Below are positions 38,156 to 52,593 of a stretch of 64,000 nucleotides of DNA, piece after piece (position 1 is the first letter of the stretch; every line of letters begins with the position of its first letter). The notes beneath the pieces are model-generated. The model made no database searches. It was not told where the DNA came from and worked only from the letters and a program-made list of their open reading frames with translations. Origin of the DNA: Geosiphon pyriformis uo1. Lineage: Eukaryota > Fungi > Glomeromycota. The stretch is taken from the NCBI GenBank assembly GCA_016748015.1, contig JAAOMT010000480.1:932328-996327 (forward strand), in the 5' to 3' direction. Made by a program: the position numbers and the translations under genes.

Positions 38156-40785
38156 GTTAATTTTTAGGGGTTGAGTAGAATTCAAAGTAGAAAAATCGCT
38201 TCAATCAATATATACTTCAATTAAATTTCAAATTTACAATTTTGGGAATACAAAATATATGTAATAAAACGAGCTTCAGGTAGTACCAATTACTTTAATT
38301 AAGTTTGATCCACAAAAACATCAAATTGTAAAACTAAAGAAAACTTTATTCGGCATTTAATTTGCCATGAGTATAGTGATATGATTTTTATAAGCAATCT
38401 AACTACATATATTTTCTATTTTTTTAATCAATACTGCGCTAGATATACCTTATAAATTAAATCTTGAATAGATTAAAATTTTTCAATTTTTTCCATGGGG
38501 AAAATCTAGTGTTCTTGTGAAGTAAACCCGGTATACATACTAAAAAAACAATATAAGAAGAAAAGAAATCATTGCTCTAAAATATATACTTACTATTATC
38601 TGTAATATTGGTATCAAATTAATCTCTATAAGTTTTCAAAGAGAGTTTATTATGAGGTTTGGAGCACAATTATTGCCATAGTAAAATTTAAGAAGAAACC
38701 TAGCTATATATAATTTATTTTCAACAACGCAAGAATTAAAATCTTGACGTAAAGCAAGAAAATACAATTTTTTAAATCTTTATAACGCTTTGAGTTATAT
38801 AAACTAAAAAAAAATCACGATTAAGATGGTTTTTTGTGTGAAAATAACATTAACCACTTTTGAACTTTTTTAAATTTATTTTTTCCCGCAAAAAAAAAAA
38901 AAAAAAAAAAAAAAATATCCACTTTGGTGTATTTGGTTAATGCTTTAAAATTAATTTATGCAAACAAAGTTCCCGATTGAATCATAGAGCACTTTTAAAA
39001 AAGGATAAATGGGTAACAAATATTTGGCCTTTTTTTTTTTGGATGCAGCTATTCTATTTAAAAAACTTAGATTAAATATTTATAAGGGGCTTTCAGATTT
39101 TTTTTACATTTTTTGCTTTAATTCTGTTTTTAATTAAAAGACTTTTTAGGGGGTATAGAAAGAATTTTTCGGTCATATGCTTATGGTAAAATATGTTGAA
39201 AGAACTCCGGAGCTTCTTAATGCATATTTTTTTATGTCATTAGTATGCAGAATATGTTTCATAAAAACCTTCACATCTTTCACTTTATTAGCTATCGTCA
39301 TGTTCCCTGTTTTGTAATTTTTTTTTCTTTTACAGTTGATCTAATTGACATAATTAACAAATACACATACCTTCCTTATACATGTATTTCGAATTTCATT
39401 GTGTATGCAAATAGAAAACAGGCAAAAATAACGTAATTAGTTAGACTAGGCGTCAAAACATTTTTGATTTTTGATCGCATAATGACATTAGTGATCGATA
39501 GATTAAAAAATCCCCATTCAAATCTAAAATATCAAATAAATAAATATGTCACTTCAATTATTGAAAATGATCATTTTTTAGCCAGATGACCAATAATTAG
39601 AAAAAGGGGAATCAAGGAAGCTTTACTTTTGGAGATGACGAATGATGATGCGAAAAGCTTGACCATTTTAAAGTAGCCCCGTTTTTAAAAGCAACTTTTG
39701 CATCAAGTATTTCTTTCAACGATCAACTTGAGAATGTTGCAATCGGTTTCACAGAAAGTTTCCATCGTCTTAATGAGTAATTATATGCTAGACAAAATAT
39801 CGACAGTTTTTCCATTTTGTACTACTCCCTAATTGGATTCAGACAATTCCTTGGTATTTCCTGCGAATTAGCAGTTAAAAAGTTAACCAGTAAAAATGAT
39901 AATTACTTGCTCTAGAAACTAGGATCGAACTGCATATGGGAAAAAAGCACAAAGACAAAACCTAAAAGGGAAGAATATCATGAAAACTAACTTCTGTATT
40001 CATGGTCACGCAATACTATTGCGACTTTGCATTTCAGCTCATACTAATGGAGAATAATCACAATGAAATAATTGTCCTGCGGATTTAATGTTTAAATGGG
40101 AATACCCTCTTTAATGGATTGTTATAATGGTAGAGATCATCGGAAATTAAGGAGAATCAAAATTTTTTTGCGCTTGTGACCTGATCAATTCTGCACACCG
40201 AAAAAAACCATCAATCCTTTTTCCGATCCCGAAATTCCTCTTTTTCTGTTAGAATCGTATTAGTTATTCAATCTCTCTCAAAAAATTCTTCATTTGAAAA
40301 GTAGGTGAGGTTATTTTCATCAGAAAAAGATGAACGCCAAAGTTGATTATTTTCCTCTTGGCTTTTAGATATGTTTACTTTGTCTTTTTTATGAAACAAG
40401 TTTTTGATTCAACAACTTGTTTGAAAAAAAAATTCCCGAATCAGCATTAAAAATCTGGGTACATATAGCGTAGTAACACATGAAAGAATGAAGTATGAAA
40501 AACCGAAACTAAAATTAAAGGACCAATCAATTACCCTTTCTAGATGAAAATTTAAGTAAACCAAAATTGGTTTGGAACGGTTCAAGTCCTTTGCAATGAA
40601 GAATAATTGCTTTTATAGAAGTAGAATATGTATAAATATAATTCAAATGATCAAGGCTCCCAATAAAAACCATTGAAAGAAATAAAAACTGCAAATTTGT
40701 CTTTTATCTTTTCCGTTTGTTTAAATTTCTCTTCTTGAAATCAGAGATAATTTCTTCAAATTTAAAAATCTATTAATAAAAAGAA

Positions 40786-42744
40786 ATGTTGCGACAGAGG
40801 ATAAAGAAAAGTTCAATTAAAATATTGAACGAACCAATGAATTTTGACGAGAAAGCAGAAATATACAATACTGAAATGGAACTGTGGAAGACACAGGTTG
40901 AAGAAATGGTTCTGCTTCGTGAAAATGAAAGAAAAAGTTATCAAGAAACATTTATCATGAACAATGAGTTGAAAGAAGAAATTAGTCGTTTGAATCAATG
41001 GGTGGTTCACCTAAACAGTGCAAACAATCAGGCAGCAGACGATTTGACCAAAAATCTCGAAACCATATTGTCATTAAAAGAAGAATGGGAGGAAGCAACC
41101 AAAAATTTCTGTGATGAAAAGTCACACTACAAACTTTTAAAAGAAAATGAAAGTCTAAAGGCACATATAAAAAAACTCGAAGAAGAAATTAGAACGTACA
41201 AATCTCGGCGACCATTCATATGCGATCAAAATACTGTGGAGTCAAAACATGATTTTTCACAGCTCCAATGTGATCTGGAGGGCTTGAACGACTCATTACG
41301 AAATACTACTTCACTCAAAAATCCAGATTTCAGAATTCATGAAGAGGCGGCGAAACGGCTCTTAGATAAGTATGATGTAAAATACTACCCAGGTGAACCT
41401 TTACCAAGAAATCTGGTTAGTGCTGCTATGCAACGCCACATAATCGAAACGGTTCTACAACGAATGAACGCCCATTTTGATCAATCAGATAAACTTGATC
41501 GATCGGCAAAGCCAATAGTTTGGCGCTCGTTGGTAGGAAAAATGGAGGACCCAAAAAAGGAAATTTCAAAGGAATCCATGCACGATCAACAAATTATTGC
41601 AATGATGGGATCAATGGCTGAACATCTCAGCTCTTTTGCCGAATCAAATCCTGCTGCCCATTCAATTGCTGAGAAATCTCGGATCCAACTACGCCAACTC
41701 ATATTCAATCTACTGGCCTCTCGAACCTTGGAAAATTCATCGTCCGAGACCGTGGACTCAATTTGCAGAGAAATTTTGGCGAACTTGAATGAAATCCGTT
41801 CGATCACAGATATCCAACAAAAACAGCTTTTGGCACAGCAAGATAGAGCAACGATTCGACAATGTATTTCAACAATTTTTTTCAAACTGGCATCTCAATA
41901 TCCACCTTTGCATATTGAATGGCTTCAAAAAAGATTACCTGTTGACCCTTCTATCATGGATATCACATCGATTGAGGATGATGAGTCCATTGAGATTTGT
42001 TCTTTCCCTTTGATAAAGGTCACCGAAACTGGTGATATTGTGTTTAAAGCCCATGTTGAGACTTCCTCTGAAGGCACTAAATGTGGGGACGACTTAAGCC
42101 ACATTGAACAATATTCGGATGTAGTAGTTGACGCTACTCATACCGAGAATACCAGCAATACTTTTATTGAACCAAAAAAAGATACAAAAGAGATTTCGAA
42201 AACAGAGAAAGATCTCGAAACAGAAGGTGCTTAAATTCGAGTATTCTTTGTTGGTATATTGAGATAGAGAAATAAATTTAAATACGACCCAAATTTACTA
42301 AATTAGTCATTTTTTTATATTTTATAGTTGTCAAAACTCCAGCACCCAAGATTTGCTTCAAGATTGCACGAAAACTTGAACGGAAAAACAGTAAATTAGT
42401 AAAAAAGTAAGTACGAAAAAAGCGTCTTTGTTTCGGTCCTTTTAAAGTTAAAGCGTGTAAAACTGATATCTTACAATCCAAAATTTTTTAGTGATGATAA
42501 GCTGATTCCTTTTAATACCCCAGTCTTAAAAAAAGCCCAAAATCCCACGCATAAATATGTCAAGCGATCCAATACTGCACCACCTATGCAACAACAACAA
42601 CCACGGCTTCAGAAGTCATATATCAATGGATTAGCCAGTTGGGCAACAACATATGTACCACCATCTGTTCAAACATGGGCAACTTCACATGTACCCCCAT
42701 CTATCCAATCAAAATTCGGGGAATATATTCCCTATTATATTTAA
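40786..42744 (+). CDS. Coiled-coil protein with MIEAP/IRKI-like domain (paralog of the 22280 gene), probably ~590 aa with two extra 3' exons (40786-42226, 42328-42406, 42492-42744)
   Basis: The 482-aa ORF is clear, with shared motifs QRHIIE, QLRQLIF, QYPP and ICSFPLI...KAHV. The extra exons join in frame (donors GTGCTT and GTAAGT) and end in the repeat WATTYVPPSVQT/WATSHVPPSIQS. The 3' exons are less certain than exon 1. Confidence 0.8.
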
Positions 42745-44365
42745 TTGTGCTTATTTGAATTTCATAAATTTCGGCTGCTGAATAGCTTAGGTCACAGTTT
42801 AAATTAGCGATGTCAATATCATTCATCTCATTTTTTAGTAAAACATTAGAATTATTTGTAAAGATATTTTTTATAATTGCCAAAGGCAAAAAATACTGAG
42901 GTTTTTCAAAATTGATCCTTGTACAAATCTGCAGGCTTGATTAAAACTTCAACAAAAAAAAAGTGAATTAAAATTATAAAAAATCACAAATTGATTCATG
43001 AAAATAATTATACAAATAAATGGCAAAATATTTTAAATTCATCATATTAAACCAACTTATTTTAATTTATAAATTTACAGGTTTGTTATAGTCTAAGTTT
43101 AAGATTATGAATTGAAGTGACTGATTTTAATCAAATAAACTAAATTGTCAATTTTAGATATATTGGAGATAGATCGGGGTTTGCGCAATTTCCGATAAAG
43201 TTTGAGATTTATGTGATTTCGTAAGCAGCATCATTTTTTTTGAAATATTTTTGTATTTGAACAATCATAAATCCAAAGTTTATTATTAATGACAATAGGT
43301 TTCTTGAAAAAAAAAAACATATTTTGTACAAGATAAAAGAATATATTGTGAAATGTTCAAAACAATACTTACTGTTCTGAAATTTAATACATTTACTAAA
43401 AAATTGATTAATAATAAACTTTTTTCAAAATTCCAAGTAAAAAATGTGTTAACCCTTTTTAAATTTCCATAAAATAACAATTTTTTATCAAAATATTTTG
43501 CAATTTACATCTTTTTAGAGTCAAAGTGTCAAATTTTTTTAGCAGCAGCAAATAAAAATTAAAATATTTACACTGAAAATATTTATTCAACACTTCTAAG
43601 CTAAAGAAAAATGAAAAAAGAATTCGACTCAATGAGTAGTTATTTTTTTTTAAATATTCTTCTACATTTGGGAAACTTTTCAGGTTCAAAGCAATAATAA
43701 AAGTTATGACAAATAATGCAAATATGATTAGTGCAGAAAATGAACGAAATTAAAATTGAACTCGATATTATGTAAACATGGCAATTAGAATCAATTTATT
43801 TACAAGAATAAAACATTGCAAAAAAAAATCTCAGACATAATATTTTAATGTCCTTAACTTTGAAAATAGTGACAAATGGGTTTAAGGACATCATATAAAT
43901 AATTTTGGAACCAAACAAAAATTTTAAATGAAATTTTATTCAAAGAAATTTCCAATAATTAATAATTATGTATTCTTTTAATCAAACTTTAATACAATAG
44001 TTATTTTGATTTGGTGAATTTTATTTTTGTATTTTTATATGATTCAAAGTACAGGTTAAAAATTACGTTCTTGCAAAAATAAAAATAGGAATAATTGCTA
44101 TAGAACTTGAAATAAAACATTAAAAACTGAATATAATCTAAGCAAATTGCTTATTAAGTAGTACAAAAATAATATTATATGTATTTATTATTTTTGCCAT
44201 GAACTTGACAAAATTTATAATAAAAGATATTGTTAATGAAAATATTTTAATACATATAAACTCAATATTTATAATATTAATTTAATTAAATATTTAAATT
44301 ATTAAAAAAAAACAGCATAAACAAAAAATGTTTTGGATTTACAAAAATTATTGTCATTTTAATTT

Positions 44366-45049
44366 TTAGCATTTGTTTACCTTATGCTCCTCTTTTTTCT
44401 CTTTCTCGGATCGGAAATTGGCCAGAACATTATAAGAGCTCCATTCTAATTCTTGAACTGGTTCTCTATTCAAAAAGTTTTGATCCCAGGTGAAATAAGT
44501 TGCCGTTTGTGGTCCTTTTTCATTCGGTGGTTCTGGTGGAAAATGATAATGACAACAAAATGCCCCAAAATCATTATCTTGCCAGAAATTATCACCTAAA
44601 TCGTCATGTCCCTTTTCTTGCTCTTTTTCGTCGGGCTGTCAATCGTTTGATGCAAGATTAGGGATATGAATTTAAAGTATTTTAAGGGTGAATCTTATAA
44701 TTGAAATGTAACTTGCCAGAATCTCGTCTGGCCAACTCTTTTTCCAGCCAAAATTATTTCTTGTTCCATCAGGATTCCATTCCTCCTCAAACCATGGCAA
44801 ATACTTCTCGCCTCGGCAATCCTTCAACAATTTCTACCATCCATAATGATACTCTTTATGTCTCTTAGCGAACTTGACATACTTTGGGTTTGCCAAGATA
44901 TTATGAACAATAAAAAAATATTCTTCAGGTAAAGGCCCGAGAGAAGGAACTTTTATATGCCTATTTTTCTTGATAAATTCTCGAGTAGCTCGTCGCTCCA
45001 GCTCATAAAAAGGCATGAATTTTTCAAAGTTTTTAATAGTGAACTCCAT
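44366..45049 (-). pseudogene. Uncharacterised ~200-aa two-exon gene with a single in-frame TAG (44834-44836); exons 45049-44717, 44635-44366
   Basis: The frame continues open past the TAG (KLLKDCRGEKYLPWFEEEWNPDG...), through a GCAAGT...CAG intron, into PDEKEQEKG...FCCHYHFPPEPP...KC*. Confidence 0.65.
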
Positions 45050-47202
45050 TTTGAGAAAATTTTGATAAAAGTGACTAGATGGGCGAGAATAAAAATTATT
45101 AGTTTACGAGTTTAATAATTGGACTTTGAGTCTCAATTAAAAAAGCAATTTTTTTAGTCAACACTATCACCACCTTCACTATAAAGGAGCTGTATAGATG
45201 ATTCTGCAGTCATTAAATAAAAAATTTTCACAATGGACAAATTTAAAGATTCGTAAATCTAATCCAAAATATGGATACCAAAAATTTCAATATTTTTCAA
45301 ATTACTTGGTGGAAACATTTTTCACTATTTAAGTAACCTTCGCACATTCTATAGTAAACTTGAATCTATTGAATAAATTCTTAATTTTGAAAAATCAATT
45401 TGATGCATACTGCATAATCAACCATATTATTTAATCCGTAAATGTATTCAGTTCTACTAATGTAGATAATAAAGGAACTTTTTTCGAGATTCTCTGAAAT
45501 TTCAGAAAAAGCATGAGACAAATTCAATTAAAAAACCTTTTTAGAAAAATGAACATGTCCTATGAAAATCAACGAGCATTTCTAATACATAAATGAAATT
45601 AATTGATATTACTACTACTCCTATACCACATTAAATTCAAGAAAATAGATGAGTGTTTGAAAGATCTACTCAAGCGTTAAAGTTCAAAAAATGATAATTT
45701 TTATGTATAAATTAATTTTCTTAAAATAATAATCTTGAGCTTATTATTATGCCAAGAATATTTACAACAACATATCAACGTTTGACAAATAAACTTTTTG
45801 ATCAAATTTTTCTTATTTATCAGCCGAAAGAATTATTCGATTGTTTGAAGAAGCAATATTTTGAAATTTTATCTCTATTGAACTCAATAGTTTTAAAGAT
45901 ATTGCAATTTTTGAAATTTTAGGATTATGCTTTATTTAAATTATGATTATATATTTCTAATTGTGTAATTAATTTATAAAAAAAAGCAAAACTGGGTACA
46001 ATTTTATTTTTTAGGAGTAAGCAAATAATCAGCACCATTTTAATAATAGACTTGGAATTAAAATTATTGTTCAAATCCAAATTTCAGTTCTGACTTTTTT
46101 AATATATAAAATGTTTAAAAATAAATAAATATTATTTAGGAATAAAAATATAGAAATTGATTAAATAATTAAAACTGTATTTTTTTTCCTTTAAAAAAAT
46201 CACCAAAAAAACAACTATCAAATTGATTTGCTAATTTTCATCCCATTTTGTAAATTCAATAGTAAAGAGTAAAAATATATTACAAGTTAAAAAACAATTG
46301 TACCCGAATTCTTTTAAAAAGAAATCTATTTTTGAAAACTAAAACCATAACAAATTTGTAGGTAAAAGTAGAATTAAAAATGATCAACATTTTAATTTTA
46401 TTGGTTCGATCAAATAAGGGTTTCAAAATGTTTGTCAGTGAATATTTTCCACAATTTCAAATAGGGGAGTGGATAATAATTCAAAGTCAATGATCTTGAC
46501 CGAAAAAAAGATATAAATTCTCAAATTTCGTCAATTTTTTTCAGAACTTATGGAGCCGATTTCTATTTTAAAGAAAATAATGAGACTTTTTAAATAGGAA
46601 AGATATGGATTTCGATAGAAAAATGATTTTGATTCTGCAGAAATATATTTTTAACCTTTTTTTTCAAAATTTTTGTTGGAGGTCCAACGCGATTTCCAAA
46701 TTTAAGATTATTAATCTATAAAAATATCTTTAAAGTATTGTAACACACACATACATATATACATACATACACAGATCACCTTCGATCAATAAGCCGAAAA
46801 TATCACTTTAACTTTCAGGTGAAAGTTTCCAATCTATTACTACTTTTAGTTGGAACATTAGCTCCATCTATGTTGTAGGAAATTCTTATGCAAGAACTCC
46901 TCGATTTCTATAACTTATAATAAGAGGAGAGCTTAAAATAATCTACCAGTCATAATACTGTGAGGATTTCTTATTTCCTAAAAAAGGAATTATTTCGAAC
47001 ACATTTATGATATTGTTCTATGCTGGATGTTTAACTGTTTTTTCCTATTAAATAAAACGAATATGAGTTTATATCGTAACTAACTATTTATATACATTTT
47101 AAAACATATATAAAATGTGTGTGAGTGAAAATTTCCAAAGAGATAATAATTTTTATTAAAGCAATTTTTTATGATTGAAACTCTCTTAACATTGACACCA
47201 AA

Positions 47203-47736
47203 ATGCATTTAACAAAACTCACTTTTCTCATGGCTACAGTTCTTATTCTAACTACTTTACTTGTCTTAATTCCCTCCGGCGTCGTTTCATGTGGCTGCTA
47301 TGGTCCGTGTACCACCTCCGGAGTTTGTACCTACACGCTCGGTAAACCAGCAGCCAATTGTATCTGTGACTGTTGTCCAGTTTGCAATTCATGTGCACAA
47401 CTTTTCCAAGGCTGTGCACAAGGGGCCTATTATAAAAATTATCAACTTACCCTAGACCCTCCAATCACCTCACCATTTAAAATTGGCAAATCAATTGAAC
47501 CTAGAACCGTGATTTCACAATCAACTGATAAATGGACAGCTTCCATGAATGGATTTGAATTTTGTATTCTACCAGAGTTACCAAAAGGATTAAGATTTGG
47601 ATTGAATGATAGTGTTTATCAGTTGTCTGGAACTCCAGAAGTGGTGGCTTCTGACACAACCTATAAAGTTATTTTCAAAGGTGGTCTTGAATTGTTGACC
47701 ACCTTTTCTTTCACTATTTCTGTCATTAATGGTTAG
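47203..47736 (+). CDS. Small secreted Cys-rich protein with C-terminal putative Ig (He_PIG-like) domain, 177 aa, intronless
   Basis: Hydrophobic signal peptide; 11 Cys within about 43 aa after it; C-terminal LPKGL...LSGTP...TTYKV...FSFTISV pattern. Confidence 0.85.
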   Translation: MHLTKLTFLMATVLILTTLLVLIPSGVVSCGCYGPCTTSGVCTYTLGKPAANCICDCCPVCNSCAQLFQGCAQGAYYKNYQLTLDPPITSPFKIGKSIEPRTVISQSTDKWTASMNGFEFCILPELPKGLRFGLNDSVYQLSGTPEVVASDTTYKVIFKGGLELLTTFSFTISVING

Positions 47737-49789
47737 GTAACAGAAATAATAATTTTATCGTTGATTGATCCAATTTCTCAGTGATTCAGAAAATTTTTAG
47801 AGGATAGACGAGTTTTCTATTTTAAATCTTTATATGTGAGATAAACTTATTATATTTTATTAGTGATTAAAATTTTACGTGTCTAAGAAGTTAAATTGGC
47901 TCGACAAAGAATTTTATTTATTTAAAATTGTGTTTTCACAGTTGGTGACAATATGTAAAATAATGATTGATCAAAATTTTATTTTGACTTTTATCTTAGT
48001 TGAATATTTCCAAAGTCTCTACAATAAATTGATGAACCATTTTTCCCATTTTAACCATCATTAATAATATCTGATCAATTTAATTGTTGTATATAAATAA
48101 ATTTTGTTAGCAAAAAAATTAACTAAAATGTAAAAAGTAACATTATTTTTAACTTTAATATTACCATATGACTTCAATAAAACAAAACAGAATTCATCAA
48201 ATGACACAATTTTTTGTTTTAATATAATATTAATTAAGATAAACTTTGTTTTTTAATAATAAATGTATAATATAATGTTTTAATTTAGTTTTATGTATAT
48301 ATTTGTAAATAATATGTTAAATATTTATTTATTTCCAGTGCTGTTTAAAAATTTAAATTAATATTTTAAAGTATTATATAATAAAAATTTAAAGTATTGT
48401 TTTCTAAAATATTTTATATTTTATTAATCATGTATTAACCACTAATGTCATATATTTAGCCATCTTATTTTAGAATTTCAAAACTATTTTTTTATATATT
48501 TAAAAAAATAATTCTTTGTGTAAAAGTTCAAATTTCAATTATCTATAAGTTAAACAATTTATACTTTTAATAACTTATTAATAATTATAAAAACCTTAAA
48601 ATTAATCAGATATCACGTATCTCTTTAGATTTAAAAATTAAATTTAATCTATTATTGATTTTTAGATTAATATTATCAATTATAGAATTAATACAAATAA
48701 AAACAATTTTTTTATTTTTAATGTCAATTTTTTTAATCTTAAAAATTAAACAGCCATATTTAAAATATTCTGTATGATAGCTAATTTTTAAAAATTCAAA
48801 TAGTGTTATTTTACAAAAACACTTGTAACTATTAATCCAATTAAAATCTGTTTAAATTTAATTAAATCTATATGTATTCAAAAAACTTGATAACTCTTTT
48901 ACATATTTTAATCTTTCTTAAAGTAATTGAATTGCATATTGTTATTAGCTGAAATTTGAGTCAAAATTAACATAAAAAATTATTTTTTTAATTTCTATTT
49001 ATTATTTAGCATATATATTATTATTTAGCCAAATTACTGATAATTATTATTTGATTAATAACTTAATTTGTACAATACATAAAGATAGCTAAATGACATA
49101 ATTAGATTATTTAATAATTCAAACTATGTAATATTAAAAATTTTGCTGAAATATTTAGTAGTTCACCAAAATATTCAATGATTTGCAATAAATTTAGTTC
49201 TAAAACTCGGAATTGTATTATTTGAAAATGCATAAAAAAAAAAGCTTCTTTTTTAAAAAATCTATTTTAGTTATGAATAATCAATAACTTCTTAGCAAAT
49301 TTGCAATACTTAAAAATAAATTATTATTTAAAAATTTAATACAAATATAAAAAAAAAAATAAACATTCTTTTAATATCAATTTTATTATACTATAAAATA
49401 ATAACTTATTTTTAATTAGCCATTAATTTAATAAATTAATTAGTTTATTTTTGTTTTGGTTATAAATAAAATTCAACTTTAAAAAGTTTATTATATTTTC
49501 CAAATATTAAATTTTAATAAATTCACCATATATGTAGTATTTTTAATTGCTTAAATGAAGTGTGGCCCAACTACTACTTATGTAAATACATCTTATAGTA
49601 CAGGCAACTCATGCTTTTTTCTGCACGTGACCAGCCACCCAATTTATATAAATCATTTTTAAATAAAAATATTTATAATTTTAAATTAAATAGTATTGAA
49701 ATGTTAAAAAATACTCTCGATAATAAATTAGATGAATAAAAATATATATTTATCTTTTATGCGATAAGTCTAGAATATACTGTTTTATG

Positions 49790-51130
49790 ACACAGTTTTA
49801 GACTCTTCTTATGTAAATTCTTCATATCTAAACTCTTAATCATCTATAGACGCTTCCCACAACTCCTTCTTAACTTGTTCGGCAGCAGGACGATTTTCAG
49901 GATTAATATCCCAACACTTTACAATTATTTCAGAGATACAAGGTGGAATAAGTGGTGAGGTAATTCTAGGTCTTTAACCATTCAAAATATCCATTATAAG
50001 AAGGTGGTCATGAGAACGATCATGAAAAGAAGGCATTCCTGTTGCTAATTCCCATAATAAAATGGCAAAACTATAAATATCACCAGACAAAGTAAACTTT
50101 TCTCCTCTTAAAACTTCTGGTGGAATGTATGGAATCACTCCATATATCTTTTTTTCCTTCGCGTCTTTACCTCTTGTTGTAGGTTGACATAATCCGAGGT
50201 CTCCAATACATACCCTACTACGGTAATATTGTAAGATGTTGCCCGAGTGTAGGTCACGATGAACTATACCAGAATAAAGAATAATATAAAGTCCTCCAGC
50301 TATATTTGATGCGATCCTTAATGAAAATTTGTTGATAAATATTTTCGCATGTCTCCATATTCGGCAAACTGCGTCACAATTTCATACTCGAGTGTTTCAG
50401 CGTTTTGCGTAAATCCCCAAAATTTTAGAGATGTTACCCAAATACTCATTCTTAATATACATAGCTCTTTTAATATTTAACTATTAACAGTATAAGAAAA
50501 GATAAATTAAGTAAATAGATAATATAATAAATAATGGATAATATAAATAAATAAATAATAGTAAATAAATATAAATAATAATAGTTTGTTTACCTCTTTT
50601 AAACACTTCTAAACTGTTCGTTTTCATAATTTTTATTGCTACTTCTTTACCTATTAATTCTCTTTCATATTCATCATTACATCTTATTCACCATTACATC
50701 TTATACTTTCTACATCAATTAATCCATCAATTAGGGTTGCTTTATAAATTATACCGAACCCTCTTCTAGCAATTTTGTTGATATTTGACAAACGCTCCAT
50801 GGAATCCATTCATAGTAATTAACTCTACCACTATATTTTCTACTATGTTCATTATTAGTTGAAATATAAATTGGATTCTTAATTATTTCATCCACTTCTT
50901 TATTGCCGCTTGAAAAGTTGCAATAAAGTTTTTCAAAAAATATGAACTTGCATGCAGCGTGATCATTATCACTTTTGTTTAGAATACTATATTGACAAAG
51001 TTTACATTCTCTGTAATCATGTGTTTCTGGACGAGTTATTCTTTTAATTTCTTTTAATTCCGTGGTTAACTTTAGGTAAATTTCGATAAAAATTGAATAA
51101 CCTATTATTCGAATAGGGTTTTTTAACATG
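49790..51130 (-). pseudogene. TKL protein kinase pseudogene
   Basis: FSSGNKEVDEII, YEWIPW, ARRGFG, EVAIK, HRDLHSGN, DLGL, GVIPYIPPE, DIYSF and CWDINPENRP are present. There is a frameshift after WIPW, a short internal duplication near 50675-50705, and an in-frame TAA at 49974-49976. Confidence 0.88.
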
Positions 51131-51307
51131 AACAAGGTTTGTATAAAGAGTAATTTTTTAAAGGCGGAGTTAGTATATATGTTATTTCTCTGTGTTCAGA
51201 TACTTAAAAAATCATTTTAATAATCTTATACATCAAGTAATACACAAAGACGCCAAACAAGTTTCCCATTGTCAACATTGTCTTGTTGTAGTTCAATTTC
51301 TTTGCAG

Positions 51308-51372
51308 AACAATAATAACAATAACAACAATAACAACAATAATAATAACAATAACAACAGCAACAGCAACAA
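51308..51372 (+). repeat. (AAC/AAT/AGC)n microsatellite
   Basis: Directly visible. Confidence 0.9.
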
Positions 51373-52593
51373 GAGGTTTAGGCTTTGATCAAAAATGAAA
51401 ATTTCATTGATTATTTAATTGATATTATTAAATAAGGGTGATAGTAGGTTAAAAATGAATCAATAACTCTCTGTTTATCAGATAGTGAGTATTTATGATT
51501 AAATTTTAAGAAGATAAAGTTAGCATAATTATAAAAATTTTTATTAATCTCATTTGAATATTTTCAAATTCTAATATTACAATAATCTTTAGAAAATAAT
51601 TAAACAATTCTTTAAAAATAATTATATTTTTATGTACTCTATTAATATAAATCTAATATATTTAGATAATTTTTTCTTTTTTTACGAAATTAATAATAAG
51701 TAATTTAATAATTTTTTAAAATATTTTATAAAGTTAAAACTTTCTAATAACTTGTATACTTTTTGAAAAGATATAAAAGTAATGACGACAACAATGTTAT
51801 CAAAATTATTTAGCAAATTTCAAAATTTCAAAAAACCCCCAACACTGTAAACGTTAATTTTGTTTATGACTTAATAATACCAAATTTTTTATTTATTCCC
51901 ATCACCACTCATTTTGTTTATTCACCATAAAATTGAATTTTAAAGCCCTTAAATATTTTCAGTGTAATTGAAATCACTAAATTAAATCGCGTTCTTATTT
52001 GCTCCTATCAATATTAGATTGTTCCATAAAAACTTACTCACAAATGTTACAAGATCAGTAAAGTCGTGCATAGAAATTATGAAATTGATGAAAAAAGCTT
52101 CATTCTGCCTAAACATATCCGACACTATAATATATAACTCATAATTGAGGTAATTATTAATATAAACAAACAAACAAATAATAAATAAATAAAATTTTTA
52201 TTGTCAAGTAAAAGCTTTTATTAAATTTATTATGATTATTTATATCTCAATATCGAAAACAAATATAAAATTTATTTGTTATAAATAATTAATAATTTAA
52301 TATTTAAAAAAAAATTGTAATATTTATTCCTAATTTATGTTGATTATTATTATTTTTCAAACTTAAAATAAATTTAAAATTTTTCATTAATATAAAATAT
52401 AACTTGCTCTTGTAATTTATTTAAAAAAAATTTTTTTAAAAAATAATTAATATCTATTATTAAATTTTAAAATTATTAATTGAAATATAAAATTATAATA
52501 ATTTTATTATTTTATTTTATTTTATTTTATTGGCAATCACAAATTATTTATTAATCTTCAAATTTTCTTTATGATTATGATTTTGAAATGATT

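Noticed and set aside
39600-39880. Minus-strand exon-like patch after a CAG acceptor
   Set aside because: Multiple stops and no identifiable family.
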